DNA of 64,000 nucleotides from Candidatus Levyibacteriota bacterium (GCA_003173895.1 PJMG01000002.1:26974-90973), one strand, 5' to 3'; positions 36,734 to 46,341 are shown, counted from the stretch's first letter. Notes: generated by a model from the letters alone, not told the origin. Program-made: numbers and translations.

Positions 36734-37492
36734 TTAATTATTAAATAAAATTACAAACTCTCCTTTTGGTTTTTTATTTTTATAAGCAATTAACAACTCA
36801 GATATTTTTTCTTTCTTTACTTCTTCATAAACTTTAGTTAATTCACGAGCTATAACAATCTCAATATCTCCAAATATTTCCAGTAATGCTTCCAGGTTAC
36901 CAATAATTTTATAAGGCGAGGCAAAAAATATATTTGTAGTTTTTATTAATTTTTCAGATTCTTTTATATTTTCTAGCAGTTTTAATGCATGCGATTTTTT
37001 CTCTGGTAAAAATCCATAAAAAGAAAATTTATCAGTTGGCAATCCAGACACTGAGAGTGCTGAGATTACAGAAGATGGACCTGGAACGCTAACTACTTTT
37101 ATATTATTTATTAAACATTCTCGAACTAATTTAAATCCGGGATCAGAAATAAGAGGAGTACCTGCATCGGAAACTAAAGCCACATTTTTATCATTTAAAA
37201 GTAAATTTAACATCTCTGGAATTTTTCGCATTTCTACTTCATCATAAAAAGAAATCAAAGTAGGATTACTATCTGAAACGTTTTCGTCATTGCGAGCTTC
37301 GCCAGAGGCGGGCGTGGCAATCTTTTTTTTCAAATCAAACAACCAATTTTTTCTGATGTAATCTAATAGTAATCCTGTTTTTCTAGTATCTTCACAAGCA
37401 ATAACATTCACTGAAAATAAAGTTTGGACTGCTCTTAAAGTTAAATCACCCATATTGCCGATAGGAGTTGAAACAATATATAATATTCCCAT
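36734..37492 (-). CDS. rsmI: 16S rRNA (cytidine1402-2'-O)-methyltransferase RsmI
   Basis: GILYIVSTPIGNMGDLTLRAVQTL...CEDTRKTGLLL. A low-complexity insertion of about 25 aa (KKKIATPASGEARNDENVSDSNPT) is present. Confidence 0.75.
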   Translation of the reverse strand: MGILYIVSTPIGNMGDLTLRAVQTLFSVNVIACEDTRKTGLLLDYIRKNWLFDLKKKIATPASGEARNDENVSDSNPTLISFYDEVEMRKIPEMLNLLLNDKNVALVSDAGTPLISDPGFKLVRECLINNIKVVSVPGPSSVISALSVSGLPTDKFSFYGFLPEKKSHALKLLENIKESEKLIKTTNIFFASPYKIIGNLEALLEIFGDIEIVIARELTKVYEEVKKEKISELLIAYKNKKPKGEFVILFNN

Positions 37493-37493
37493 A

Positions 37494-38102
37494 ATGAACT
37501 TTATTATACAGTTTATTTCTCATTTCGGATACTTTGCCGTATTTATTTTCATGACTATGGAATCTGCATTGATTCCTATTCCTTCAGAAGTTACACTTCC
37601 CTTCGCTGGTTTTTTAGCTCAAAATGGTCATCTTAATTTATTTGTAGTTATGATTGTGGCTATTTTAGGCGATTTAGTAGGAACTTCTATTCTTTATGCT
37701 ATAGGAGTTTTTTTAGAAGAAGAAGTAATTATTAGACTTATAGATAAATATGGCAAATTTATTTTAATATCCAAACATGAATATACGAAACTCATGGAAT
37801 GGATTAATAAACGGGGATCAATCATAATTACAGTCGGAAAACTTTTACCTGGATTTAGGAGTATCATTGGTTTACCAGCTGGCCTTTCAGAAGTATCTTA
37901 TGTTAAAACTTTAATTTTTACACTTATAGGTTCTGTTATTTGGTGTGTATCTTTCGTATTATTAGGTCTTATTTTAGGTAAAAACTGGGAAATTTTAGAT
38001 CCAATATTTAAAAAATTTGAATTAGTAATAATCTTAGCAGTAGTTTTAGCAGCACTCTGGTATATCAACCACAAATTAAAAATAATAAAGTTTAAAAAAT
38101 AA
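37494..38102 (+). CDS. DedA/SNARE-associated family membrane protein. The track ORF begins at 37455; ATG 37494 is preferred.
   Basis: YFAVFIFMTMESALIPIPSEV matches the DedA motif. There are 4-5 TM helices. Confidence 0.6.
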   Translation: MNFIIQFISHFGYFAVFIFMTMESALIPIPSEVTLPFAGFLAQNGHLNLFVVMIVAILGDLVGTSILYAIGVFLEEEVIIRLIDKYGKFILISKHEYTKLMEWINKRGSIIITVGKLLPGFRSIIGLPAGLSEVSYVKTLIFTLIGSVIWCVSFVLLGLILGKNWEILDPIFKKFELVIILAVVLAALWYINHKLKIIKFKK

Positions 38103-38143
38103 TCACTTTACATCTACTTAAATTTTCATATATAATTCCTTCC

Positions 38144-39121
38144 ATGAGTAAAGACAAAGAGAAAAATAGAGGTAAAAAAGAAATGAGTACATTACATGGA
38201 TTTGAGGAATTAGCAGCTAGTTTTAACGTAGAATTACCTAAAGAAGAAGTAGTAGAAAATCCTTGGATACAGTTTATTAATTTAAGTCCTTTAGAAAAAT
38301 GTAAAGAAGTGCTAAATTTACGTTATGAACGAGGAACTAAAAGTGGTTTAATAAGAGAAATTTCTTTTGCAATTAAAAGTGTTATGGATATGAGTACGGA
38401 AGAGCGTAAGAACCAGGGTTTGGAATTAATTGTAAATGGTCCAAGTGACGAGAGAGGTAAATTAAAACCAGATCTACCTTTAGATATTTTTGCATATTTT
38501 GTTTATGTAAAACTTAATTTGGCTAGCGGCAAAACCCATTACATTAGTAATAGTTGTGCTCCAGTTGCAGATAATATTAAAGAGGAGAATGAATCTAATG
38601 GAGATGCATTAATAAAGTTTACAAATAACATTATCGAACTAGCAGAATGTTATCCAGAAACTCCTGAACAGCAATATATGAGGTATATAAGTACTCTTAG
38701 ATATTTAGATTATCTTATTTCTAAAGAAAAACACTTCAGAGAAGTAGGCTCAGAAACTGGACTAATTGCTGGTAAAAATCGAGAGATAAGTTTTAGACGT
38801 ACAACTGGAAGAAGCAATGAATTAAATCAATGGAAAACTATAGTATTAGCTAGGTATTTGGACCTTGCTAAAACATTACAAAGTAAGTTTGGAGAGCTTT
38901 TTAAAACAAGTGAAAGTTATGATAATGTTCATACTAATCTTAGTATGGTTAATATACCTGAAGGGTTAAATAAGAATGAACCAACTAAAAGTGATAAGAG
39001 TAAGTCTATAGTAGTAGGATTAGAACCAATAAAAATGAATGCCAGATTCTTTAGAGAAGGTAAATTAATAAATGAATATACAGAAGCTTGTAATAATATT
39101 TGTAATATTTTGGGACTATAA
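38144..39121 (+). CDS. Hypothetical protein (325 aa)
   Basis: ORF with moderate-complexity sequence. No recognisable motif. Confidence 0.3.
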   Translation: MSKDKEKNRGKKEMSTLHGFEELAASFNVELPKEEVVENPWIQFINLSPLEKCKEVLNLRYERGTKSGLIREISFAIKSVMDMSTEERKNQGLELIVNGPSDERGKLKPDLPLDIFAYFVYVKLNLASGKTHYISNSCAPVADNIKEENESNGDALIKFTNNIIELAECYPETPEQQYMRYISTLRYLDYLISKEKHFREVGSETGLIAGKNREISFRRTTGRSNELNQWKTIVLARYLDLAKTLQSKFGELFKTSESYDNVHTNLSMVNIPEGLNKNEPTKSDKSKSIVVGLEPIKMNARFFREGKLINEYTEACNNICNILGL

Positions 39122-39135
39122 GTTTTAATGAAATC

Positions 39136-39765
39136 TTAAGTAAATTTCCTTATTACCGCCACGCATTTACCTTGAATAGTCAGTTGGGTTGGATAAATGG
39201 GGCGCATTTCAGAATTAGCAGGACGAAGCACTACTCGATCATTTTCTTTATAATATTTTTTAAGAGTAGCGAGATTATCATCTACTATCGCTACTATTAT
39301 ATCTCCCATTTTAATCTCACGTTCTTTCTCAATAACCACATAATCGCCATCTAAAATTCCATCCTCTATCAATGAATCACCTTTTACCTGTAAAACATAT
39401 GCTGCATATTTACTAGAGAGCAGAGACGCTGAAACTGAAAAAGTCGCATAAGGATCACTATGAGGCTCTAATGGTTTTCCTGCTGCTATAAAACCCATTA
39501 GTGGCAGTTCCACAGAGGGACCTACACGGCTCATTTTATATGAAACAGTAGGATCGATAATTTTAAGAACACGACTGTTCCCTTCTACTTTTTGAACATA
39601 ACCTTTATCTACTAGTGTTTTTATAATTTGATGGATAGTAGAAACTGCTCTATGACCTGTTGCATTCGCAATCTCAGTTAAGGTAGGTGAATAACCATAT
39701 CTATTTTGATATTGGATTAAAAATTCGAGTACTTCTCTTTCTCGTCTATATAGAACTCCAGCCAT
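39136..39765 (-). CDS. lexA: LexA repressor (S24 peptidase). The start is taken at MAGVLYRRE, and the 40-aa upstream extension of the track ORF is rejected.
   Basis: wHTH segment SPTLTEIANATGHRAVSTIHQIIKTLVDKGYV. Ala-Gly cleavage site in GFIAAGKPLE. Catalytic segment VKGDSLIEDG with Ser, and a downstream Lys. Confidence 0.85.
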   Translation of the reverse strand: MAGVLYRREREVLEFLIQYQNRYGYSPTLTEIANATGHRAVSTIHQIIKTLVDKGYVQKVEGNSRVLKIIDPTVSYKMSRVGPSVELPLMGFIAAGKPLEPHSDPYATFSVSASLLSSKYAAYVLQVKGDSLIEDGILDGDYVVIEKEREIKMGDIIVAIVDDNLATLKKYYKENDRVVLRPANSEMRPIYPTQLTIQGKCVAVIRKFT

Positions 39766-39774
39766 ACTAAATTT

Positions 39775-39791
39775 TATACGAAATTCGTATA
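39775..39791. promoter_or_regulatory. Candidate LexA operator. This is a 17-bp perfect palindrome, TATACGAA-A-TTCGTATA, in the lexA-uvrB divergent intergenic region.
   Basis: Read directly from the sequence. It lies between a minus-strand -35 (TTGACA, reverse complement of 39796-39801) and a -10 (TATAAA, reverse complement of 39772-39777). It is 20 bp upstream of the uvrB extended -10, TGGTACAAT, at 39812-39820. Confidence 0.4.
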
Positions 39792-39834
39792 TTTTTGTCA
39801 ATAGGACAATGTGGTACAATCTAATATATAATCT

Positions 39835-41826
39835 ATGAAATTTAAAGTTGTTTCTAATTTTAACCCTAGTGGTGATCAACCTCAAGCCATAAAACAGTTA
39901 AGCACCAACATTAAAAATAATGCTAAACATCAAGTGCTTTTAGGTGTTACAGGCAGTGGGAAAACCTTTACCATGTCTAAAATTATAGAAGAAGTTCAAA
40001 AACCAACTTTAGTAATAGCACATAATAAAACTTTGGCTGGACAACTTTATCAAGAATTTCGCGAGTTTTTTCCTCATAACGCAGTATCATATTTTGTTTC
40101 TTATTATGACTATTATCAACCGGAAGCTTATGTTCCCCAATCAGATACTTATATCGAAAAAGAATCTGAAATTAATGAAGAGATCGATAAACTTAGACTG
40201 GCTGCCACTGCGAATTTACTAACTAGGAAAGACGTTATCGTAGTAGCTTCTGTCTCCTGTATTTATTCTCTGGGCTCACCAGTTGAATATGGAAAGTTTG
40301 TTTTGGAAATAAAAGCTGGCATGAAAATAAATCAAAAAGATATTTTAATCCGACTCACTGATCTTCAATATGACAGAAATGATTTTGGTTTTCATAGAGG
40401 TTCATTTAGAGTCAGAGGAGAAGATATAGAACTGCTTCCAGCATATATGGATACAGGTCTTAGAATAATTATTAAAGAAAATTTTTTAAGGAAAATAGAA
40501 GAATTTGATCCTTTGACTGGAGATACTATTTCAAATATTGATGCAACAATAGTCTACCCCGCTAAACATTATATGACTGATCCGAAAACTTATGAAAATG
40601 TTTTTAAAGAAATTAGAACAGATTTAGGTAAACAAATCGAAATATTTAAAAAACAAAATAAATTACTTGAAGCTCAGAGAATCCAGCAAAGAACTAATTT
40701 TGATTTACAAATGATTCAGGAAGTAGGCTACGTAAATGGAATTGAAAATTATTCCAGATATTTTGAAGGTAGAAATCCTGGAAGTGCTCCTTATACACTC
40801 CTGGATTATATGAAAGCTTGCTCTGAAGATTGGCTTTTATTCGTGGATGAATCTCACATGAGTTTACCTCAGGTCCGTGGAATGTATAATGGCGATCGAG
40901 CGCGAAAAGAAGTCTTAATAGACTATGGATTTAGACTACCTAGCGCTTTAGATAATAGACCGCTTAAGTTTGAAGAATTTATGTCTCGAGTTAATCAAGC
41001 TGTGTATGTAAGCGCTACTCCATCAGATTTTGAAATGTCACTAGCTACTGAAACACCTAATGGGGTGGCAGAACAATTAATAAGACCTACTGGCATAGTC
41101 GATCCTATAGTCGAAGTTAGACCAACTAAAGGCCAAATTCCAGATTTAATGCAGGAGATTTTAAAACGAATTGAGAAACATGAGCGCGTTCTAGTTACTA
41201 CTTTAACCAAAAGAATGTCGGAGGAATTAACTTTTTACCTTCAAGAACGAAATATTAAAGTTCTTTATCTTCATTCAGATATAGAGACTTTAGAACGCCA
41301 GGAAATATTAGACAAACTTCGCCGCGGAGATGTAGATGTAGTTGTAGGAATTAATTTACTTCGAGAGGGTTTAGACTTACCAGAAGTTACTTTAGTGGCA
41401 ATTTTAGACGCGGATAAAGAGGGCTTTTTAAGAAGTAAAACCTCGCTGATTCAAACTATGGGCCGCGCTGCTCGAAATATAAACTCCAGAGTTATTCTTT
41501 ATGCAGATAAACAAACAGACTCTATGAAATTTGCTATTTCTGAGGTAGAAAGACGACGAAAAATCCAATTAGAATATAATAAAAAACATCACATTACTCC
41601 TAAAAATATCCAGAAATCTATAAGAGAAAGATTAGTGGAATATGAAGAAGACATTCCTGCTGAAGATGTAGTTTTTAAAGATTTAGAGAATAAAGAAATT
41701 TTACTTCCTGATGATAAAAAGAAAATGAAAAAGCTTCTTAAAGAACGAATGACTCAAGCAGCGAAAAATCTCGACTTCGAATCCGCAGCAATGTTAAGGG
41801 ATAAGATAAAAAGTTTAGATAAATAA
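39835..41826 (+). CDS. uvrB: Excinuclease ABC subunit B (UvrB)
   Basis: Walker A is GVTGSGKTFT. There are helicase motifs, a beta-hairpin region and a C-terminal UVR domain. Similarity is full length. Confidence 0.95.
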   Translation: MKFKVVSNFNPSGDQPQAIKQLSTNIKNNAKHQVLLGVTGSGKTFTMSKIIEEVQKPTLVIAHNKTLAGQLYQEFREFFPHNAVSYFVSYYDYYQPEAYVPQSDTYIEKESEINEEIDKLRLAATANLLTRKDVIVVASVSCIYSLGSPVEYGKFVLEIKAGMKINQKDILIRLTDLQYDRNDFGFHRGSFRVRGEDIELLPAYMDTGLRIIIKENFLRKIEEFDPLTGDTISNIDATIVYPAKHYMTDPKTYENVFKEIRTDLGKQIEIFKKQNKLLEAQRIQQRTNFDLQMIQEVGYVNGIENYSRYFEGRNPGSAPYTLLDYMKACSEDWLLFVDESHMSLPQVRGMYNGDRARKEVLIDYGFRLPSALDNRPLKFEEFMSRVNQAVYVSATPSDFEMSLATETPNGVAEQLIRPTGIVDPIVEVRPTKGQIPDLMQEILKRIEKHERVLVTTLTKRMSEELTFYLQERNIKVLYLHSDIETLERQEILDKLRRGDVDVVVGINLLREGLDLPEVTLVAILDADKEGFLRSKTSLIQTMGRAARNINSRVILYADKQTDSMKFAISEVERRRKIQLEYNKKHHITPKNIQKSIRERLVEYEEDIPAEDVVFKDLENKEILLPDDKKKMKKLLKERMTQAAKNLDFESAAMLRDKIKSLDK

Positions 41827-41827
41827 A

Positions 41828-42154
41828 CTAAACTGTAGCAATGTGTGATTTTCCTATTTTTTTAATTCTTTCTTCATGATTATCAAAATTTTCTTTGGTG
41901 TGATAATCACCTATTAATTTATACTCTCTACTTTTTTCCAATTCTCTTACAATATAATCCATCTTATTTAATATTTCATCTCGATAGCCCCGGGCCTTTT
42001 CGTCCATTTCCTCAAATCTTCTATCAATTTGATCAAATTTATCATCATGTTCATCTAGTTTTTTATTATTTCTCGCAATCTTTGTCTCTAAATTGTCAAA
42101 TTTTTTATCGTGTTCATCTAACTTAGAAGTTATTTTAACAAATATTTTGTCAAT
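41828..42154 (-). CDS. Unannotated small ORF encoding an acidic helical repeat protein. It has no canonical start; the first ATG gives only 59 aa.
   Basis: The minus-strand frame is open from 42202 to stop 41828-41830. It encodes the tandem peptide repeat LDEHDKKFDNL...LDEHDDKFDQI. Confidence 0.25.
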   Translation of the reverse strand: MDKIFVKITSKLDEHDKKFDNLETKIARNNKKLDEHDDKFDQIDRRFEEMDEKARGYRDEILNKMDYIVRELEKSREYKLIGDYHTKENFDNHEERIKKIGKSHIATV

Positions 42155-42159
42155 GACTG

Positions 42160-42525
42160 TTATCCACTTATATTTTCCATATGTTCTATATTGGTAACTA
42201 TATTATTCTTTACTTCAATAGACACTGCATCAATTCTTAGAGCTTGGGGTAATCTAGGATGAGTTATGGCATAGAACTGCGCCGCTTTAAAAAGATTTTT
42301 TAATTTAAAATAGTTTATAGCCTCTATCGGTGTACCAAAAGAATTGGAAGTTCTACTTTTCACTTCAAAAAAAACCATAGTGGATTCAAATGGATCTAAA
42401 GCGATAATATCAATTTCCGCGTATTTAGGTCTGTAATTCCGTTCTAAAATCTTATAACCTTTCTCAAACAAGTATTTAGCAGCAGCATCTTCACCTAATT
42501 TCCCTACAGGGTTGGAAATTTTCAT
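42160..42525 (-). CDS. yraN: YraN/UPF0102 family putative endonuclease
   Basis: GKLGEDAAAKYLFEKGYKILERNYR...AEIDIIA. Confidence 0.6.
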   Translation of the reverse strand: MKISNPVGKLGEDAAAKYLFEKGYKILERNYRPKYAEIDIIALDPFESTMVFFEVKSRTSNSFGTPIEAINYFKLKNLFKAAQFYAITHPRLPQALRIDAVSIEVKNNIVTNIEHMENISG

Positions 42526-42588
42526 ACTAATTAAAGTTTAACAAAGAAAAATAATCTTTGCGAGCTTAATCAAATTAATAACAAAAAC

Positions 42589-42867
42589 TTATTTTACTTT
42601 TCGAAGATATAAGAGGTTGGCTTGACGAACTTTAGCTTTAATATGCCCAACAACCTCTACTTTTTCTGCTAAAGGAGAAGCAAAAGGAATCACTTTTTCT
42701 ACAGCTACATTCCCTACTAATTTACGCACAGTAAAGCTTTTATTATCGCCAGATCCACGAATATCTAAAACCGTACCTTCAAAAACTTGAATTCTGGTTT
42801 TATCTCCTTCCTGAATTTTTTGGTGGACACGTATAATGTCACCTGGCCTAAACGTCGTTGTAATCAT
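42589..42867 (-). CDS. rplS: 50S ribosomal protein L19
   Basis: FRPGDIIRVHQKIQEGDKTRIQVFEGTVL...FTVRK...NLLYLRK. Confidence 0.85.
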   Translation of the reverse strand: MITTTFRPGDIIRVHQKIQEGDKTRIQVFEGTVLDIRGSGDNKSFTVRKLVGNVAVEKVIPFASPLAEKVEVVGHIKAKVRQANLLYLRKVK

Positions 42868-42916
42868 GAACTATATTATACCAAAATTATCTATACTTTC
42901 TCAAGTAATAATAGCT

Positions 42917-43906
42917 TTATGGGTGTGGACGTAATCTTCTTTTATTTTCGAGCTCAGCAGCAGCTTCGTTTTTAACTTCTGAATTAAGGATATCTACTAC
43001 AAAGTTAGTTTTATATAAATCAGCAAAGCTACCTAACATAGTAGTAGGAAGTTCACGAGAACTTTGATTTATTTCTAAATATTTTTTGGTAAAAAAAGCT
43101 CGAATTTCAAGTGATGGTCTTCTACCTGCAGGACACCCATCTGCTTCACCTAATCCAAATTCTAATAATTTATTTCTATCTAATCCCGTAGATGTAATTA
43201 CTTCACCTTCATGAGCTTTTATTTCTTTACCCTTATTTACCTGTTTTGCTACTTCTCCACTCTCTACGCCTATTCCTACTTGAAGAGAAGGCAATTCTGA
43301 AAGACTAATTTGTGAAGCCATAATTGCTAATCTTGAAACAAAATCCTCCTGAAAAATACCCAATAATTGGGCTACTACTTTATTTCCTGTACCAGCGCCC
43401 GATCTAAATAGATTTTCAGTATCAGAGTATAAAGTTCGAGCTAAACCGTTGGCTGCGGCTGAATTAATATTATTTATTAAATTTCCTAAATATGATCTCA
43501 CTTCAGAATCGCCGAGAAATTTCTTCCAAGGCTCAGAAATCGCAACATCTTTTAAAACACCACTATAATTACCTATTCCTAATTCGCCTAAAAATTGTCT
43601 GAATGATTCATAATAACCATCGAAGACATAAGTTTGATAATCCAGCAATATACTAGCAGAACCTGTTTTAAAAACTGAATTGACTTCTTTATCTAACTTA
43701 GGAGAATATGCTTGAATCTGACCTTTGTCATTTGTAACTAAATGTCTACCTGATTTGTCTGTTTGTAATTGAGGAGCAAATGGAAGCTGATTATTATTTA
43801 TTCTATCTTCATGAAAAATAGCAAAAACTGCGCCTAGATCAGCAAAGCTTTGATAGAATTTTTCGAATTCAGGATTTTGGGAAGTATACTTTTCTTCTAT
43901 CGGCAT
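42917..43906 (-). CDS. Hypothetical protein (329 aa) lying between rplS and pyrG
   Basis: Intact ORF with ordinary amino-acid composition and no recognisable motif. Confidence 0.3.
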   Translation of the reverse strand: MPIEEKYTSQNPEFEKFYQSFADLGAVFAIFHEDRINNNQLPFAPQLQTDKSGRHLVTNDKGQIQAYSPKLDKEVNSVFKTGSASILLDYQTYVFDGYYESFRQFLGELGIGNYSGVLKDVAISEPWKKFLGDSEVRSYLGNLINNINSAAANGLARTLYSDTENLFRSGAGTGNKVVAQLLGIFQEDFVSRLAIMASQISLSELPSLQVGIGVESGEVAKQVNKGKEIKAHEGEVITSTGLDRNKLLEFGLGEADGCPAGRRPSLEIRAFFTKKYLEINQSSRELPTTMLGSFADLYKTNFVVDILNSEVKNEAAAELENKRRLRPHP

Positions 43907-43949
43907 ATTGATGTCTATATTTTAACATTTTTTGTATAATTATCAAGGT

Positions 43950-45611
43950 TTAGTCTTTTACACAGGCTTTTATGAACTCCATGAAGAGTGGATGAGGTTT
44001 TAGAGGCCTACTTTTATACTCAGGGTGACCTTGGGTGCCTAAATAGAAAGGATGAACTGATTTTGGTAACTCAATTATCTCAGCTAGATTTTCTACTACT
44101 GAACGGGCTGAAATGATAAGTCCTGATTTTTCAAAATCTTTAGCAAATTCATCATTAAATTCGTATCTATGTCTGTGTCTTTCACTGGTTAAACCTTTTT
44201 CCTCATTAATAAATCCTTTATATTTTTTATAGGCATCATAAGCAATAGTTCCCTTTTTAACCTTAGCTTCCCAAGAACCTAGTCTCATAGTTCCACCATA
44301 GGCACGTCGCTCCATATGAATCTTTTGAGCTGGCATGAGATGAATAACATTATGTTTACCTTTAGGATCGTTTTCCTCAGTATTTGCGTCCTTCCAACCA
44401 ATAACATACCTAGCAAAGGCTACTGCGGCTAATTGCATACCATAACAAAGACCTAAATAAGGAATTTTTTTAATTCGTGCATAATTTGCAGCTTTTATCA
44501 TACCTTCAGCTCCTCTTTCTCCCCAACCAATTGGAACTATAATACCATCAGGATTACCGATTAATTTCTCTAAATCTTCTGTTTCTGCTTTTTGAGCGCT
44601 AATCCAGCGAGTTTTAACATTTACGTTATTTCCCCATCCAGCATGATCCAAGGCATCAAAAAGAGCTGCATAAGAATCACGGAGTTGGTAGTCTCCAGTA
44701 CCAAAATATTTACCGACAATGGCAATTTCCACAGTTTTTTTAGTTTCTTCTATAGTTTTACAAAGTTTATTCCAGTCGGTTATATTAGCAGATTTTATAG
44801 GAAGACCTAATTTTTTAAGAATTTTTTTATCTAGGTCCTGTTGCTTTAAAACTAAAGGAATTTCATAAGCTGAGGATAAGTCTGGATTAGAAATAACATT
44901 TTCTTTATCTACACTACAGAAAAGCGCAAATCTATCTTTTCGCCTCTCATCCAACATTTTTTCACTACGAGCAACTATGAAATCTGGCTGAATCCCCATA
45001 GAATTTAAAGCTTTCACAGAAAGTTGAGTAGGCTTAGTTTTTGGCTCTCCTAAATGTTTAGGGGTAGGAACATAGCTAACATGAACATGTATTACATCCC
45101 CTGGGTTTTTCCAGGCTAAAATTCTAGATGCTTCATAATATAAAATATTTTGATATTCTCCTGCTGTTCCACCTAATTCTATAGTAATAACATCTGCGTC
45201 AGTCTTTTTAGCGAGATCTTTAATTCTTTTTATAATTTCATCTGTAATATGTGGAATAGCTTCTACGTCTTCACCATTATATTCAAATCTTCTTTCTCTA
45301 TCTATAACAGTCTGATAGATTCTTCCCATAGTGACAAAACTATCTTTTCCCATGTCATGGCCTAGAAACTTTTCATAAGTTCCAATATCCATGTCTGCTT
45401 CCGTACCATCTTCACAGAGGAATGGATCACCATGCTCTATAGGATTTATGGTACCCGCATCTACATTTAGATAATTTTCAAATTTTATGGGTACTACTTT
45501 AAGACCTGTGTTTTGGAGAAGAAGTGCCATAGAGGCTGCTGTAGTGCCTTTTCCTATTCCTGAGATTAGACCCCCAGAAACAAAAATAAATTTAGTTTTC
45601 TTAGTGTGCAC
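43950..45611 (-). CDS. pyrG: CTP synthase
   Basis: N-terminal synthetase block FVSGGLISGIGKGTTAASMALLL. GATase block with the LGLCYGMQLA cysteine. Confidence 0.95.
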   Translation of the reverse strand: MHTKKTKFIFVSGGLISGIGKGTTAASMALLLQNTGLKVVPIKFENYLNVDAGTINPIEHGDPFLCEDGTEADMDIGTYEKFLGHDMGKDSFVTMGRIYQTVIDRERRFEYNGEDVEAIPHITDEIIKRIKDLAKKTDADVITIELGGTAGEYQNILYYEASRILAWKNPGDVIHVHVSYVPTPKHLGEPKTKPTQLSVKALNSMGIQPDFIVARSEKMLDERRKDRFALFCSVDKENVISNPDLSSAYEIPLVLKQQDLDKKILKKLGLPIKSANITDWNKLCKTIEETKKTVEIAIVGKYFGTGDYQLRDSYAALFDALDHAGWGNNVNVKTRWISAQKAETEDLEKLIGNPDGIIVPIGWGERGAEGMIKAANYARIKKIPYLGLCYGMQLAAVAFARYVIGWKDANTEENDPKGKHNVIHLMPAQKIHMERRAYGGTMRLGSWEAKVKKGTIAYDAYKKYKGFINEEKGLTSERHRHRYEFNDEFAKDFEKSGLIISARSVVENLAEIIELPKSVHPFYLGTQGHPEYKSRPLKPHPLFMEFIKACVKD

Positions 45612-45675
45612 GATTTATGTTAATAAAAAAATGGGCTTATGTCAATAGAATTTACTATAACAAAATATGCTTGGT

Positions 45676-46266
45676 TCACTTCCAAAAATCCTCAATGTTT
45701 ACTCCAAACTTAGAAAGAGTCTTTAAAACTGCGGGAATGGGAAGACCTACCACATTAGAATAATCGCCATTTACCTCTTCCACTAAAACTAATCCTTTTT
45801 CTTGAATTCCATATGCACCAGCTTTATCTAATGGCTCACCAGTTTTCACATAAGCTTCAATTTCTTCAGAAGATAATTTTTTAAATAGAACTTTAGATGA
45901 AACATGAGAAGTCATGGTTTTTTTAGTTTTAGTATCAATTATGGTAAAACCAGTTATAATTTCATGCCAATCTCCAGAAAATTCTTTAAGCATCTTTATA
46001 GCATTTTTTTTAGTGTGTGGTTTACCATAAATTTTATTTTTAAAATAAACTACCGTATCTGCTGCGATAATGATGGCATTTTTATATTTTTTAGCCACCA
46101 TTTTAGCTTTCTCTGAAGAATACCTTTCTGTTAATTCAATCGGAGAAAGAGTTATATTTTCCATGTCTTCGTCATAATTTGAGACATCAACTTTAAAAGT
46201 AAGACCAATTTGTTTTAAAAGCGCTTTTCTTCTGGGAGAACTAGAAGCTAAAATAATTTCTCGCAT
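45676..46266 (-). CDS. maf: Maf-like nucleoside-triphosphate pyrophosphatase
   Basis: REIILASSSPRRKALLKQIGLTFKV and a C-terminal NVVGLPI block. Confidence 0.85.
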   Translation of the reverse strand: MREIILASSSPRRKALLKQIGLTFKVDVSNYDEDMENITLSPIELTERYSSEKAKMVAKKYKNAIIIAADTVVYFKNKIYGKPHTKKNAIKMLKEFSGDWHEIITGFTIIDTKTKKTMTSHVSSKVLFKKLSSEEIEAYVKTGEPLDKAGAYGIQEKGLVLVEEVNGDYSNVVGLPIPAVLKTLSKFGVNIEDFWK

Positions 46267-46341
46267 ACCTACTTTATGATCTTATCATAAATTTCAGATT
46301 CAATTGCGTAGCAAGATAAAATTAACTAAAATTAGCTTACG

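Noticed and set aside
37455-37493. Upstream start (37455) for the dedA-like gene
   Set aside because: It would overlap the 5' end of the divergent rsmI by 38 nt. Starting at ATG 37494 gives the N-terminal length expected for DedA proteins.
39766-39885. 40-aa N-terminal extension of the lexA ORF in the six-frame track (MRLITTRVKIRNNFKF...)
   Set aside because: It would overlap the uvrB start and promoter region. LexA homology starts at MAGVLYRRE (39765). The extension is basic low-complexity read-through of the intergenic region.
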